Origin: an uncultured Gemmatimonadaceae bacterium
GTDB lineage: Bacteria; Gemmatimonadota; Gemmatimonadetes; Longimicrobiales; RSA9
DNA length: 37,063 nucleotides
Direction: 5' to 3'
Assembly: GCA_964465415.1 (NCBI GenBank)
Contig: CAYXJH010000001.1
Location: 1-37,063, forward strand
Under the pieces are notes generated by a model. That model had not been told where the DNA came from and ran no database searches. It worked only from the letters and a program-made list of their open reading frames with translations. This document shows positions 15,914-25,732 of the stretch, piece by piece. The position numbers were made by a program, and so were the translations under genes. The stretch's first letter is position 1. The number at the start of each line of letters is the position of its first letter.

Positions 15914-18010
15914 ATGTTTCATTATCGGACACCCCCGACCCCATTCGACCGGACTGTGATGTTGCCAGAGCGTATATTCGCCGGCCCCGGCGAGATGGTC
16001 GCCCTGTGTCGCGAGAAGGACTGGGCGACGACCCCGCTGGGGCCCGTCGAGACGTGGCCCCAGAGCCTCCAGACCGCCGCGACCCTCACGCTCGCGTCCG
16101 GGCTGCCGACCATGCTGCTTTGGGGGCCGGATCTGACCCAGATCTACAACGACCCCGTTGCGCCGATCCTGGGGTCGCGACACCCCGGTGCGCTGGGAGC
16201 GCCCGCGCGGGAATGCTGGGCTGACATCTGGGACCGAACGGCCCCCGTTCTGGCCCGGGTCCTGGGGGGCGAGACGGTGGTGCGGCGTGACTCGGTGTAT
16301 CCGCTCTCACCGGTCGATACACATGTGCGCTACTTCACCGTGAGCTTCGCGCCGATCCGGGATGAGGCGGGCGCGGTTTCCGGTGCGGTGGTCGCTGCGG
16401 TGGAAACCACCGAGGAGGTTGCGGCGCGGGCGGAAGCGGAACGGGCACGCGACCAGGCCGAGGCGCTGTCCAGCGAGATCCGGGGGCACCGATCCCTCCT
16501 GGACGCGGTCCTGGACCAGATGCCGTCGGGCGTTTCGATCGCGAATGCTTCCGCGGGACAGATCGTCTATCGTAACGAGGAAGCTACGCGGCTCCTCGGG
16601 CACGCCCTCCGGCGCGATGAGCGTGGGGATCCCGGCGGGAAGTATGGCGCTCTGCGCGATGACGGCTCGCTGCTCGACAGCAAGGACTACCCGCTCATGC
16701 GCGCGGTCCGGGGGGAGGTGGTGACCGCGGAGGAGTTCGTGTATCGCCGGCCGGACGGAACGCTGACACAGCTTTCGGTGAATGCCGCCCCCGTCCGCAA
16801 CGAGGAAGGCGCGATCGTCGCCGCGGTATCGACCTACTTCGACATCAGTGACCGACGAGCGGCCGAGCGGGCACTGGCACTCCATGCCGCGGAGGCGGAC
16901 CTCCAACACCGCCGACTGGAGGCAGTCCTCGACCTCCTGCCCGTCGCGGTGTGGATCACGGACGATGCCGGCAGGATCGTCCGCGCCAATTCCGCCGTGG
17001 CCACGATCTGGGGTGGGCCACCACCGGACAACGTCGGCCCGGACCTGTTCCACGACGTGTTCCGGGGGTGGCGGACGGACGGCACACGGGTGGGACAGGG
17101 CGAGTGGGCGCTCTCCAGAGCGCTACGCGGCGAGACCACTGGCCCGGTGGAGATCGAGATCGAAACGTTCGGCGGTGAGCGCAAGACCATTCTCAATTTC
17201 GGCATCCCGATCCTCGATGGTCAGGGCGGGATCGCGGGTGGCGTCGCGCTGGACGTGGACATCAGCGACAGGAAGCGATCCGAGGAGGAGCTGCGGCGCG
17301 CGAAGGAGACGGCCGAGCAGGCCAGCGAGGTGAAGAGCCAGTTCCTGTCCACCATCAGCCACGAGCTGAGGACCCCCCTGACCGCCGTCACCGGCCTGTC
17401 CGACCTCCTGGAGACGGAAGTCCTCGGACCGCTCAACGACCAGCAGAAGAAGCAGCTGAAGCGGATCCGGTCCAGCGCCTGGCACCTGGTCCGGATCATC
17501 GACGAGATCCTGACGTTCTCCCGCACCGAGGCGGGCAAGGAGCTGATCCGCACCGCACCGGTCGACGTGGGCGACGTGGTGGGGAGCGTTACGGCGCTGC
17601 TGGAAGCCGAGGCCGAGATCAAGGGCGTCGAGCTCCGCGTCGAGATCCCCGGCGACCTGGCGCTCCTCGACACCGATGAGGGTAAGCTCCGTCAGATCGT
17701 GATGAACCTGGTGGGCAACGCCGTCAAGTTCACCGACGCGGGGAGGGTCGATGTGGTGGTTTCCAGCTCGGCGGACGAGGTGCTCGTCGCCGTGGGGGAC
17801 ACCGGTCCGGGAATCGCCGCCGAGTGGCTGGGAAAGGTCTTCGAGCCATTCATCCAGGTGGACAGCTCGACAACCCGATCGAAGGGGGGCACGGGCCTCG
17901 GGCTCACCGTGTCCCGCAAGCTGGCCCGCCTACTGGGCGGCGATGTGGAGGCGAAGAGCGAGCCGGGCGTCGGGAGCACGTTCACGCTTCGTCTGACTCG
18001 CGTCCAGTAA
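15914..18010 (+). CDS. Cytoplasmic multi-PAS sensor histidine kinase
   Basis: DWATTPLGPVETWPQSL N-terminal PAS-like domain plus two more PAS/PAC domains. H-box SHELRTPL, N-box NLVGNAVKFT, G1 DTGPGI, G2 GGTGLGL. Start is 15914 or 15959. Confidence 0.92.
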   Translation: MFHYRTPPTPFDRTVMLPERIFAGPGEMVALCREKDWATTPLGPVETWPQSLQTAATLTLASGLPTMLLWGPDLTQIYNDPVAPILGSRHPGALGAPARECWADIWDRTAPVLARVLGGETVVRRDSVYPLSPVDTHVRYFTVSFAPIRDEAGAVSGAVVAAVETTEEVAARAEAERARDQAEALSSEIRGHRSLLDAVLDQMPSGVSIANASAGQIVYRNEEATRLLGHALRRDERGDPGGKYGALRDDGSLLDSKDYPLMRAVRGEVVTAEEFVYRRPDGTLTQLSVNAAPVRNEEGAIVAAVSTYFDISDRRAAERALALHAAEADLQHRRLEAVLDLLPVAVWITDDAGRIVRANSAVATIWGGPPPDNVGPDLFHDVFRGWRTDGTRVGQGEWALSRALRGETTGPVEIEIETFGGERKTILNFGIPILDGQGGIAGGVALDVDISDRKRSEEELRRAKETAEQASEVKSQFLSTISHELRTPLTAVTGLSDLLETEVLGPLNDQQKKQLKRIRSSAWHLVRIIDEILTFSRTEAGKELIRTAPVDVGDVVGSVTALLEAEAEIKGVELRVEIPGDLALLDTDEGKLRQIVMNLVGNAVKFTDAGRVDVVVSSSADEVLVAVGDTGPGIAAEWLGKVFEPFIQVDSSTTRSKGGTGLGLTVSRKLARLLGGDVEAKSEPGVGSTFTLRLTRVQ

Positions 18011-18029
18011 GCCCCGTCCTGCACCGGTC

Positions 18030-19109
18030 TCAGCGATGGATCGCCGTCTGCACCTCGCCGCTCTGATCGATGTACCCCCTGTACATTCCCTGACTGTTGA
18101 ACGTCATGACCACATGGCCCTCCGCGTCCAGGGCAATGATGCCGCCGGTTTCCGGCTGTTGCCGCTCGAGCCGGTCCCAGATCACCTCGTGGGCGGCTTC
18201 CTGGAGCGTGATCCCCCGGTAGCGCATGCGGGCGCAGATGTCGTGGGCCACCACGTTCACGATGAAGTATTCGCCCCACCCGGTGGTGCTGACGCCGCAC
18301 CGGTCGTCGGCGTACGTGCCCGCGCCGATGATGGGGACATCGCCGACGCGGCCCCAGCGCTTGTTCGTCATGCCGCCGGTCGACGTACCGGCCGCAATGG
18401 TGCCGTCGCGTGCCAACGCGACGACGCCCACGGTTCCGTACCGGCCCGTGGGAGCATCGACGGCATCGATGGGGCCGGCTTCACGGTCCGCGCCCGACTC
18501 CTGCCTGCGCCGCTCGGCTTCCCGGGCCCGTTGCAGCGCATCCCACCGCTGATCGGTGTGGAAGTAGGACGGGTCGACCAGCTCGAGACCCTGTAGCTCC
18601 GCGAACTCTTCCGCGCCTTCCCCGGCCAGCATCACGTGTGGTGAATCGTCCATGATCCGCCGCGCCAGCTCGATCGGGTTACGCACGCGCAACACGCCGG
18701 CAACGGCTCCCGCCCGCAACGTGGCGCCGTCCATGATGCTGGCATCCAGCTCGTTCCGTCCTTCCGCCGTGAACACCGCGCCGCGTCCGGCGTTGAACAG
18801 GGGCGAGTCCTCGAGGATCCGGGTGGCGGCGATGACCGCGTCGAGTCCGCTGCCATCCTCGGACAGGACCGCGTGGCCCGCGCGAAGCGACTCTTCCAGG
18901 GTGGCCCGGTACGCCGCCTCCCGCTCGGCCGTCATGCTCTCGCGAGTCATGGTTCCCGCACCTCCATGGATCACCAGCCCCCACTCGATCACCGGTACCT
19001 CCGCCGGAACGCCGGCGCTGGCCGGTGGCGGTACGCACGCGGCGAGGGTGAGCATGAAAACCGGCACGGCGGCCGGAAGGGAGGCGCGCGAACGCGAGGT
19101 GGCTTTCAT
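18030..19109 (-). CDS. iaaA: Isoaspartyl peptidase/L-asparaginase (Ntn hydrolase), probably exported
   Basis: IHGGAG, LEDSPLFNAGRG, ELDASIMDG, catalytic GTVG, TSTGG and GRVGDVPIIGAGTYA; signal ending LAA|C; AAGGAG RBS before ATG 19109. Confidence 0.9.
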   Translation of the reverse strand: MKATSRSRASLPAAVPVFMLTLAACVPPPASAGVPAEVPVIEWGLVIHGGAGTMTRESMTAEREAAYRATLEESLRAGHAVLSEDGSGLDAVIAATRILEDSPLFNAGRGAVFTAEGRNELDASIMDGATLRAGAVAGVLRVRNPIELARRIMDDSPHVMLAGEGAEEFAELQGLELVDPSYFHTDQRWDALQRAREAERRRQESGADREAGPIDAVDAPTGRYGTVGVVALARDGTIAAGTSTGGMTNKRWGRVGDVPIIGAGTYADDRCGVSTTGWGEYFIVNVVAHDICARMRYRGITLQEAAHEVIWDRLERQQPETGGIIALDAEGHVVMTFNSQGMYRGYIDQSGEVQTAIHR

Positions 19110-19245
19110 GACGGCTCCTTCTTCGTGAGGCGATGATGCGACGCAAGGTACAGAGGCCATCGATACGGGAAAAGCGGCAGCCCACCGCGCGCTGTCCCGG
19201 GTCGCCTGGCTTGACGCCCCCCGGGGCGGAGATCACGTTGGAAGC

Positions 19246-19836
19246 ATGAGAACCCTAACCATCGCTCTCGTGAGCGCAATGGCTGCCACGGCCACGGCCT
19301 GCGCACCCCGCGCCCCCGACCCGGACGCCCTGCCTGATCCGCAGGAACAGTTCTGGGCGTCGCTCCAGGGAGCGTGCGGGCAGGCCTTCCGGGGCGAGCT
19401 GGTCGAGCGCATCCCCTGGGACGACGTATTCGCCGGGCGGGAGCTGGTCATGCACGTTCGGGAGTGCAATGACCAGGAGATCCGGATCCCGTTCCACGTG
19501 GGAGAGAACCGCTCGCGGACATGGGTTCTCACCCGAACCGATCGCGGGCTCCGGCTGAAGCACGACCACCGACACGAGGACGGGACCCACGAGGACCTGA
19601 CCTGGTACGGAGGGGATACGGCAGTCTCCGGTACGGCCACCACGCAGGAGTTCCCGGCCGACCTCGAGACGGCCGAGATGCTCCCCGAAGCAGCGACCAA
19701 CGTGTGGACCGTCGAGATCGTGCCGGGCGAGATGTTCGCGTACGCGCTCCGCCGTGAGGGCACCGAACGCCGGCTACGCGTTGAGTTCGACCTGACGGAG
19801 CCGGTCCCGGCACCGCCGGCGCCCTGGGGTTTCTGA
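19246..19836 (+). CDS. Conserved-looking hypothetical lipoprotein (196 aa)
   Basis: Signal ending ATA|C; CGQAFRG, MHVREC, IPFHVGENRSRTW, LRLKHDHRHEDG, YGG and PPAPWG. Confidence 0.8.
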   Translation: MRTLTIALVSAMAATATACAPRAPDPDALPDPQEQFWASLQGACGQAFRGELVERIPWDDVFAGRELVMHVRECNDQEIRIPFHVGENRSRTWVLTRTDRGLRLKHDHRHEDGTHEDLTWYGGDTAVSGTATTQEFPADLETAEMLPEAATNVWTVEIVPGEMFAYALRREGTERRLRVEFDLTEPVPAPPAPWGF

Positions 19837-19863
19837 CGACCAGCCGCCCAGGCCAGCGCGGGG

Positions 19864-20814
19864 TCAGTCGATGGGCTTGAGGTTCGCAACGATCTCATCG
19901 CGGCGCGGTTCGAGGAACGGCGGCAGGGCCACCTCCTCGCCGAGCCGGTCCGGGTCCTCGTCCACAGCGAAGCCGGGGCCGTCGGTGGCGATCTCGAACA
20001 GCACCCCGTTCGGCTCCCGGAAGTATAGGCTCCGGAAGTAGAACCGATCCACCGGTCCGCTGTTGGGTATGCCCAGCTCGCCGAGCCGGTTCGCCCAGGC
20101 GTCGTACTCGTCGTCCGGCGTACGGAACGCCACGTGGTGCACGCCTCCCGCCCCCTGGCGAACCACCGGCAGGTCCGGCTGCACGGCGACATGTAGCTCC
20201 GCGTGCGCTCCGCCTCCGGCCATCTCGAATACGTGGACCGGACTCCTTCCCAGCGCCGGGTCGGTGTATTCGCGCGTGGCGGTCATGTTCATGACATTGG
20301 TCAGGACCGCATCGGTGGGCGGGAGCGTCGGCACGCTCATGACGATGGGGCCGAGCCCCCGGATCTGGTGCTCTTCCGGGACCGAGCTGCGCTCCCAGGG
20401 CACCCCGGCCTCCCCCACCCCGCCGTCGTCCACCAGCGCCAGGCGCTGACCCTCCGGGTCCTCGAAATCCAGGGTCGCCCGGCCGTCCCGCTCGCTCACA
20501 CCGCCGTGGACGATATCGTGCTCGTCCAGCCGACGCGCCCACCACTCCAGCGACTCGGCGCCGCCCACCCGGAGCGCCGTCCGCACGATGCTGTGCGCAC
20601 CACGCCGCTCCGGCGGCATGGGCCAGTCGAAAAAAGTCAGGTCGGTGCCGGGCGATCCGACGGCGTCGGCATAGAAGAGGTGGTAGGCCGAAACGTCGTC
20701 CTGGTTCACGCTCCGCTTCACCAGCCGCATTCCCAGTACCTTGATGTAGAACCGGTAGTTCTCCCGGACCGCCGCCGTTATCGCGGTGAGATGATGGATT
20801 CCAAGCAGATCCAT
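19864..20814 (-). CDS. Ring-cleaving dioxygenase, VOC superfamily (MhqA/MhqO-like)
   Basis: [62 protein letters not shown] and LPPFLE. Confidence 0.93.
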   Translation of the reverse strand: MDLLGIHHLTAITAAVRENYRFYIKVLGMRLVKRSVNQDDVSAYHLFYADAVGSPGTDLTFFDWPMPPERRGAHSIVRTALRVGGAESLEWWARRLDEHDIVHGGVSERDGRATLDFEDPEGQRLALVDDGGVGEAGVPWERSSVPEEHQIRGLGPIVMSVPTLPPTDAVLTNVMNMTATREYTDPALGRSPVHVFEMAGGGAHAELHVAVQPDLPVVRQGAGGVHHVAFRTPDDEYDAWANRLGELGIPNSGPVDRFYFRSLYFREPNGVLFEIATDGPGFAVDEDPDRLGEEVALPPFLEPRRDEIVANLKPID

Positions 20815-20856
20815 GGGGTGTCCGTCCTTTCTGTGGAGTTGTCCCCAGGCGGAGCA

Positions 20857-22098
20857 TCATCCGGGCCGGCCGTTCGCCACATACGCCGCCGCGCCGAGCC
20901 CGCCCGCCCGACCCGTCGCCCAGGCCCAGAGGAAGTTGTACCCGCCGATGGGTCCGAACGCGTCCAACATCTCCCCGCAAAGGAAGAGCCCGGGCCGCAG
21001 GCGGCTCTCCATCGTCCGGGGATCGATCTCGGCCAGGGCGACGCCCCCACCCGTCACCTCCGCCTTCCTGTACCCTTCGTCTCCGTCCCAAGGGAGAGGA
21101 TACCGACCTAACACGGCGGCGAGGCGGGTCCGGTCGTCGCGGCGCAGCTGGGCGAGGACCGTGGTCGGTGGCACGTCCGCCTCGGCAAGCAACGTGTCGG
21201 CCAGTCGCGCGGGCAGGTGACGCCGAAGCAGCGTTCCGACGGCCGTGGCGCTCCGGTCCATGAGCCGGCGGTCCCACGCGGCTTCGTCATCCCCATTCCA
21301 GGCCGCCAGGATCGGTTGGTGCGGCGAGCCGGCAGTTCGAGACCGAACGGCGTGATGGGAGATGTCCAGGACGGCCGGGCCACTGTATCCGTGATGGGTG
21401 AACAGGAAACCGCCACGGGCCGTTGCGGCTCCCTTCTCCAGCGGAGCAGTGAGCGTGACCGCAAGCGAGATGCCCGCCAGGCCGGCGTGGGCAAGCGATG
21501 ACGCGGTGAGCGGCGTCAGCGCCGGGTACAGCTCGTGGATGGTGTGGCCGAGCCGCCTCGCCGCACCCAGGCCGAAGCCGTCGCTGCCCGTCTTCGGTAC
21601 GGACAGACCGCCGCTGGCCAGCACCACCGCCGACGCCTCCACACCCGTTCCGTTCGCGAGCCCGACGCGCCACCGCCCGCTGGTGCCCACCGGATCCAGG
21701 GCATCCACCCTGGCCTGGAACCGGATGTCGGCGCCACGGTCGCGCGCCGCCGAGACCAGTCGATCACGGACATCGCGGGCGCGGTTCGACACCGGGAACA
21801 GCTTCCCCGACTCCGCCTCCAGCGCGAGAGGAACGCCCAGTTCATTCTCGAAGAACCGGCGCTGCTCGGGCAGGGGCCAGGAACGCAGGATATTGCGCAG
21901 GGTGTTGGACGACGACGCCGTCGTATACTGACGCGGATCAACTCGGGATGGCAGGACGTTGCAACGGCCGCCACCGCTGATCAGGATCTTGCGGCCGCCG
22001 TCCGCGGTCGTTTCCAGCAGGAGCACCCGGGCGCCCCGTTCCGCCGCGAAGATCGTGGCCATGAGGCCGGCAGCGCCGGCCCCGACCACCACGATCAA
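20857..22098 (-). CDS. HI0933/BaiN-family NAD(P)/FAD-dependent oxidoreductase
   Basis: GAGAAG, GRKILISGGGRCN, GKLFP, ASGGLSVPKTGSDG, FLFTH.G.SGP, AEVTGGGV and GPIGGYN; TTG start. Confidence 0.92.
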   Translation of the reverse strand: MIVVVGAGAAGLMATIFAAERGARVLLLETTADGGRKILISGGGRCNVLPSRVDPRQYTTASSSNTLRNILRSWPLPEQRRFFENELGVPLALEAESGKLFPVSNRARDVRDRLVSAARDRGADIRFQARVDALDPVGTSGRWRVGLANGTGVEASAVVLASGGLSVPKTGSDGFGLGAARRLGHTIHELYPALTPLTASSLAHAGLAGISLAVTLTAPLEKGAATARGGFLFTHHGYSGPAVLDISHHAVRSRTAGSPHQPILAAWNGDDEAAWDRRLMDRSATAVGTLLRRHLPARLADTLLAEADVPPTTVLAQLRRDDRTRLAAVLGRYPLPWDGDEGYRKAEVTGGGVALAEIDPRTMESRLRPGLFLCGEMLDAFGPIGGYNFLWAWATGRAGGLGAAAYVANGRPG

Positions 22099-22126
22099 CG
22101 ATTCAGGGCGCGCTGGCCCGCTCCCC

Positions 22127-23629
22127 TCACCGCCGATTGGCCTCCTCGACCCTGGGCACGTAATCCGTGGGCCCGGGTTGGACGTGGGCCGCGGACTCGT
22201 ACCAACGGGGCAGCGTGTCCTGTATGAACGCCTCCTTCTGGCGGCGCTGGGCGTCCATGTCCAGTCCGATGTACGCCTGGAGCGTCGCCTTTTCCCATTC
22301 CGGCATGGGCACCGGCTGCGCCACGCCCAGCCGGCTCAGGATCCGCGAAAGCTGGAGCCGGGCTTCACCCGCCATCTGCGCCGACACCGCCAGCAGCCTG
22401 GCCGACTCCGTCGGGGCGTGGGCGCCGGCACCGTGCGACGCCGCGATCCAGTCCCAGCGCCACTGCGCGCTCCGGATCATCTGGAGGATCGGCTCCATCT
22501 CGGCTTCCGTCGCGCCCGCGTCCCAGGCCGCTCCGGCCTCGATGTGCAGCATCGCGAGCTGACGCTCCGCGGCCCGACGCAGCTCGAACACCTTGTCCTG
22601 GTTGTCGTTTACCCGGTCGATCATCTCCTGCTCGGTCCCGCCGTGACAGATGAGGCAGGAGGTCTCGACCGCGTTTAGCGGGCTCTGGATGTGGTGACTC
22701 GTGAACTTGACCCCGCCCTCCCGGCGGAACGGCATGTGACAGTCGGCGCAGGCCACGCCCCGGAACGCGTGCACGCTGCTCTGATACAACTCGTAATCCG
22801 GGTGCTGGACCTTGATCATCGGTGCCCGGCTGATCGAATGGACCCAGTCGGTATGCCCAACGCGATCCAGAAAGGCCTCCTGCGCATCGGGGTCCAGACC
22901 GTTCTCGTCCCACGGGAAGATCAGGTAGTTGCTGGGACCGGTGAAGTAGTATTCCACGTGGCACTGGGCACACACCAGCGAGCGCATCTCCTGGTGCCCG
23001 ATGCGGTCCATGTCACGGCCCATTCGCTCCAGCGCCTCGACCAGCGCCGGTCGCGTGATCCTGAGCTGCATGGTGGTTGGATCGTGACAGTCCTGGCAGC
23101 CAATCGGATTCACGACCTCCTCACCGTGATCGCGCCATTTGGCGGCGTAGAATCCCTCCGTCCCGTACTCATTCATGAGCCGGGGTACGTCGGTACTCTT
23201 GCACGTCCAACACGTGCCGGGCTGGTCGATGTTGGTGCGCAGCGACCGGTGAACATCCTTGACCGCGTAATAGTGGCCACGGATCTGGTCGTAGTCCCGG
23301 GCGAATGCGTATCCGGCCCAGAGCACGACCATCTCGGGGTGCTGGGCCAGCATGTCACGATGTCGCGAGCCCCCGTACTTCGACTGGAACGTGGTGTCCA
23401 GCGTCTGGATGTAGCTCTGGAATTGACGCTGGAACTGCTGACCCCACACGGCGTTGCGCGGCTCGAACTCCGGCAGCGGCTGGACGGGCACGCCTGCCAC
23501 TACGGCCTCGGTCCTGCGCTCGATGATGGATGCGCCGAGCATCCCGATCAGGAAGACGAGGACGACCGTCGCAAGGAATAGGAGCCACGCGACCCAGGGC
23601 CTGTGCTGCACGTAGTCTGTGATTCTCAT
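22127..23629 (-). CDS. nrfA: Pentaheme ammonia-forming cytochrome c nitrite reductase
   Basis: CWTCK active-site heme plus CQDCH, CAQCHVEYY, CADCH and CLICH; LWAGYAF, RGH, KVQHPDYE and AQWRWD...ASHG...HAP; N-terminal TM helix. Confidence 0.96.
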   Translation of the reverse strand: MRITDYVQHRPWVAWLLFLATVVLVFLIGMLGASIIERRTEAVVAGVPVQPLPEFEPRNAVWGQQFQRQFQSYIQTLDTTFQSKYGGSRHRDMLAQHPEMVVLWAGYAFARDYDQIRGHYYAVKDVHRSLRTNIDQPGTCWTCKSTDVPRLMNEYGTEGFYAAKWRDHGEEVVNPIGCQDCHDPTTMQLRITRPALVEALERMGRDMDRIGHQEMRSLVCAQCHVEYYFTGPSNYLIFPWDENGLDPDAQEAFLDRVGHTDWVHSISRAPMIKVQHPDYELYQSSVHAFRGVACADCHMPFRREGGVKFTSHHIQSPLNAVETSCLICHGGTEQEMIDRVNDNQDKVFELRRAAERQLAMLHIEAGAAWDAGATEAEMEPILQMIRSAQWRWDWIAASHGAGAHAPTESARLLAVSAQMAGEARLQLSRILSRLGVAQPVPMPEWEKATLQAYIGLDMDAQRRQKEAFIQDTLPRWYESAAHVQPGPTDYVPRVEEANRR

Positions 23630-24262
23630 TTATCGATCGGCTTCGGGTGGATTGCGGTCTGGGCGCACGAGGTCGCGGAGCCACACGGGCGTCGTCGGCC
23701 CGACCAGCGGGATGTGCTCGTAGGGCACGGCCGCCAGGCCACGCGTCCTGCCATGAGGTGTCTCCCGGTGGCAGGCCCAGCAGCGGAGACCCGCCTCCGC
23801 GTGGACGTCGTCTCCACGGACCTCGCTGAGCTGCGTCGTGTGGACTGAACCGGCGTGGCAGCGGATGCAGTTCTCCTGGACCACCCGCTGGCCCGCCGAA
23901 TGGATCCGGATGACCTGGGGCTCCAGGCGGAAGGTGAACATGAAGGCGTGCCGTGCGCCATCCGACGCTTTGAACGCGTAGTGGCGTACCTTGTTGTCAT
24001 GGGGCACGTGACAGTCGTTGCACGTCGCCACCTCGCGGTGCCGGCTGTGGAACCAGGTCGCGTACTGCGGCGCCATGACATGACAATTCACGCAGGTCGC
24101 CGGATTGTCCGACAGATACGAAGTGGCGTGGGAGACATGGAAGACCAATGCGAGCAGTCCGATGGCGGCGCCGACGGCGATTGCGACGGGTAGGACCCAT
24201 TGCGGCGGCGGCGCGACGGCCGTGAAGGCCTGCCGGATACCCCTGCCGAGCCGTCTCAACAT
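23630..24262 (-). CDS. nrfH: Tetraheme NapC/NirT-family quinol dehydrogenase, nitrite reductase small subunit
   Basis: TM anchor; SYLSD.P..CVNCHVM, CNDCHVPH, KA.DG.RH, CIRCH and CWACHRETPHG; abuts nrfA (TAAATG). Start may be GTG 24271. Confidence 0.93.
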   Translation of the reverse strand: MLRRLGRGIRQAFTAVAPPPQWVLPVAIAVGAAIGLLALVFHVSHATSYLSDNPATCVNCHVMAPQYATWFHSRHREVATCNDCHVPHDNKVRHYAFKASDGARHAFMFTFRLEPQVIRIHSAGQRVVQENCIRCHAGSVHTTQLSEVRGDDVHAEAGLRCWACHRETPHGRTRGLAAVPYEHIPLVGPTTPVWLRDLVRPDRNPPEADR

Positions 24263-24329
24263 ATTGGACACGGTCCGTTCTACTCCTGAACCGGATCTGC
24301 TTTTTCGACCCACCCAAGTGAAGGTCGCA

Positions 24330-24357
24330 GGGCGGGAGGCGCAAGTCGCTCCCGCCC
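24330..24357 (-). terminator. Hairpin after the DUF4920 gene, in the nrfH leader
   Basis: 9-bp stem GGGCGGGAG / CTCCCGCCC, 7 nt after the DUF4920 stop; no U-tract. Confidence 0.4.
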
Positions 24358-24364
24358 GCTCCCG

Positions 24365-24847
24365 TCAGTCCGCGATGAGGGCGCCGGTGGCCTTGATCCG
24401 GTAGATGGTCTCCGGGCCCGTCACGACTCCCGGATCGAATTCGAGGCCGCGCTCGTCGGCCCTATGTTTGGCCGCCTCGAGCGCTTCCTCCTCGGTGCGG
24501 TCGATCCGCTCGACCACGCCTTCCACCCGGGCCCGGTGCCCGCTTGCTTCCTGCGGGAAGACGATGACGCCGTCATCCACCTTGACCCGGATCCGCTCGT
24601 CATCGCGATCGCCAGCAAGGTCCATCCAGCAGCCCATGTGGTCGCAAACATCAGTCACGGTACCCTCGACCAGGACGCGCTCGCCGACGAAATCGTCGGG
24701 ACGCTCGAGGATGACCGCCACATGCGTCAGGGTCGTGAGGGTAAGGGGCTCTCCGTAGGGCGTCCCTGCGAACTCCCCGTCCGAGGGCGGGCCGCTCTGA
24801 CACGCAGCGAACGCTAGCAGCCCGGCTACCAGCATCAGTCTATTCAT
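24365..24847 (-). CDS. DUF4920-like lipoprotein (OB-fold-like)
   Basis: Lipobox FAA|C; YGEPL, VLVEGTVTDVCDHMGCWMDL and RVKVDDG..VFP. Start is 24847 or 24853. Confidence 0.8.
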   Translation of the reverse strand: MNRLMLVAGLLAFAACQSGPPSDGEFAGTPYGEPLTLTTLTHVAVILERPDDFVGERVLVEGTVTDVCDHMGCWMDLAGDRDDERIRVKVDDGVIVFPQEASGHRARVEGVVERIDRTEEEALEAAKHRADERGLEFDPGVVTGPETIYRIKATGALIAD

Positions 24848-24924
24848 GACCATTCTCTCTGGATTCCTGGAAAGACAGCGCGGTGAAAATATGTCGCGCG
24901 CGGCGCGCCGGCCAGCGCCGCCGG

Positions 24925-25719
24925 TCATCGATCCACGCGCAACTGCCGGGCGAAATCCGCGATGGCGCGACCGTGATCGGCCCCGGCCACCATCGCCAGG
25001 TCGTTGTGGCCCGCGCCCTCCACCCAGACCCCCCACCTGGGGCCGGGCGCCGCCTCGTACAGCCGCCTCCCGTGCCAGGTCGGAATCACGCCATCCCGGG
25101 TCCCATGGATCACCAGCAGTGGACTGGAAAGTCGACTCACCCGTTCCAGGTTCGGGTAGTGGTCGAACGGGAACAGGCGAACCCGGGTCACAACGCGGAG
25201 GACGCTCACGAACGCGCTCTCGAGAACCACGCCCGCGACCTCGTGGCGAAGCGCCAGCTCCAGCGTCGGGCCGGAGCCGAGGGAGCGGCCGTGCAGGATC
25301 AGCTGGCCAGGCTCGACCCCCAGCTCGTCGACGGCATAGCGGTACACCGCCTCCGCATCCTCCACCGCCCCACGAACGGTAGGTCGGCGTGCCGAGCTTT
25401 GGCCGTAACCGCGGTAGTCGTAGGCCAGCACGGAGAAACCGGCGTTCCTCAGGTCCGTCAGAATCCCCTGTAGGTAGCCCAGGTCCTCGGCGTTGCCATG
25501 GCTGAAAAGTAGCGTGAACTCCGCCTCGGGGTTCGGCAGGTACTGCACGGCGAGCGTGTCCCGGTCGCCTACCGGCACGCGTGTGAAGGGCACGAGTGAG
25601 CCGGTGTAGGATGACGCGGGCGGCTGGAACAGTACGCGCTCGGCGTACAGGTAGGCGAGCAGCGCCAGGACTCCGTACGTGGCGGCTCCGAGGAGGATCA
25701 ACCGGAGGACGGTGGTCAC
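24925..25719 (-). CDS. Alpha/beta hydrolase (ABHD13/17-like)
   Basis: N-terminal TM; FSHGNAED, YDYRGYG, nucleophile GRSLG, IHGTRD and GAGHND. Confidence 0.9.
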   Translation of the reverse strand: MTTVLRLILLGAATYGVLALLAYLYAERVLFQPPASSYTGSLVPFTRVPVGDRDTLAVQYLPNPEAEFTLLFSHGNAEDLGYLQGILTDLRNAGFSVLAYDYRGYGQSSARRPTVRGAVEDAEAVYRYAVDELGVEPGQLILHGRSLGSGPTLELALRHEVAGVVLESAFVSVLRVVTRVRLFPFDHYPNLERVSRLSSPLLVIHGTRDGVIPTWHGRRLYEAAPGPRWGVWVEGAGHNDLAMVAGADHGRAIADFARQLRVDR

Positions 25720-25732
25720 GCTGTTGGCACGG

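Noticed and set aside
15361-16224. ORF containing EVEVDVEVV, and the antisense TSTSTSTS peptide
   Set aside because: These are translations of the hexamer repeat; the ORF is antisense to the cupin gene.
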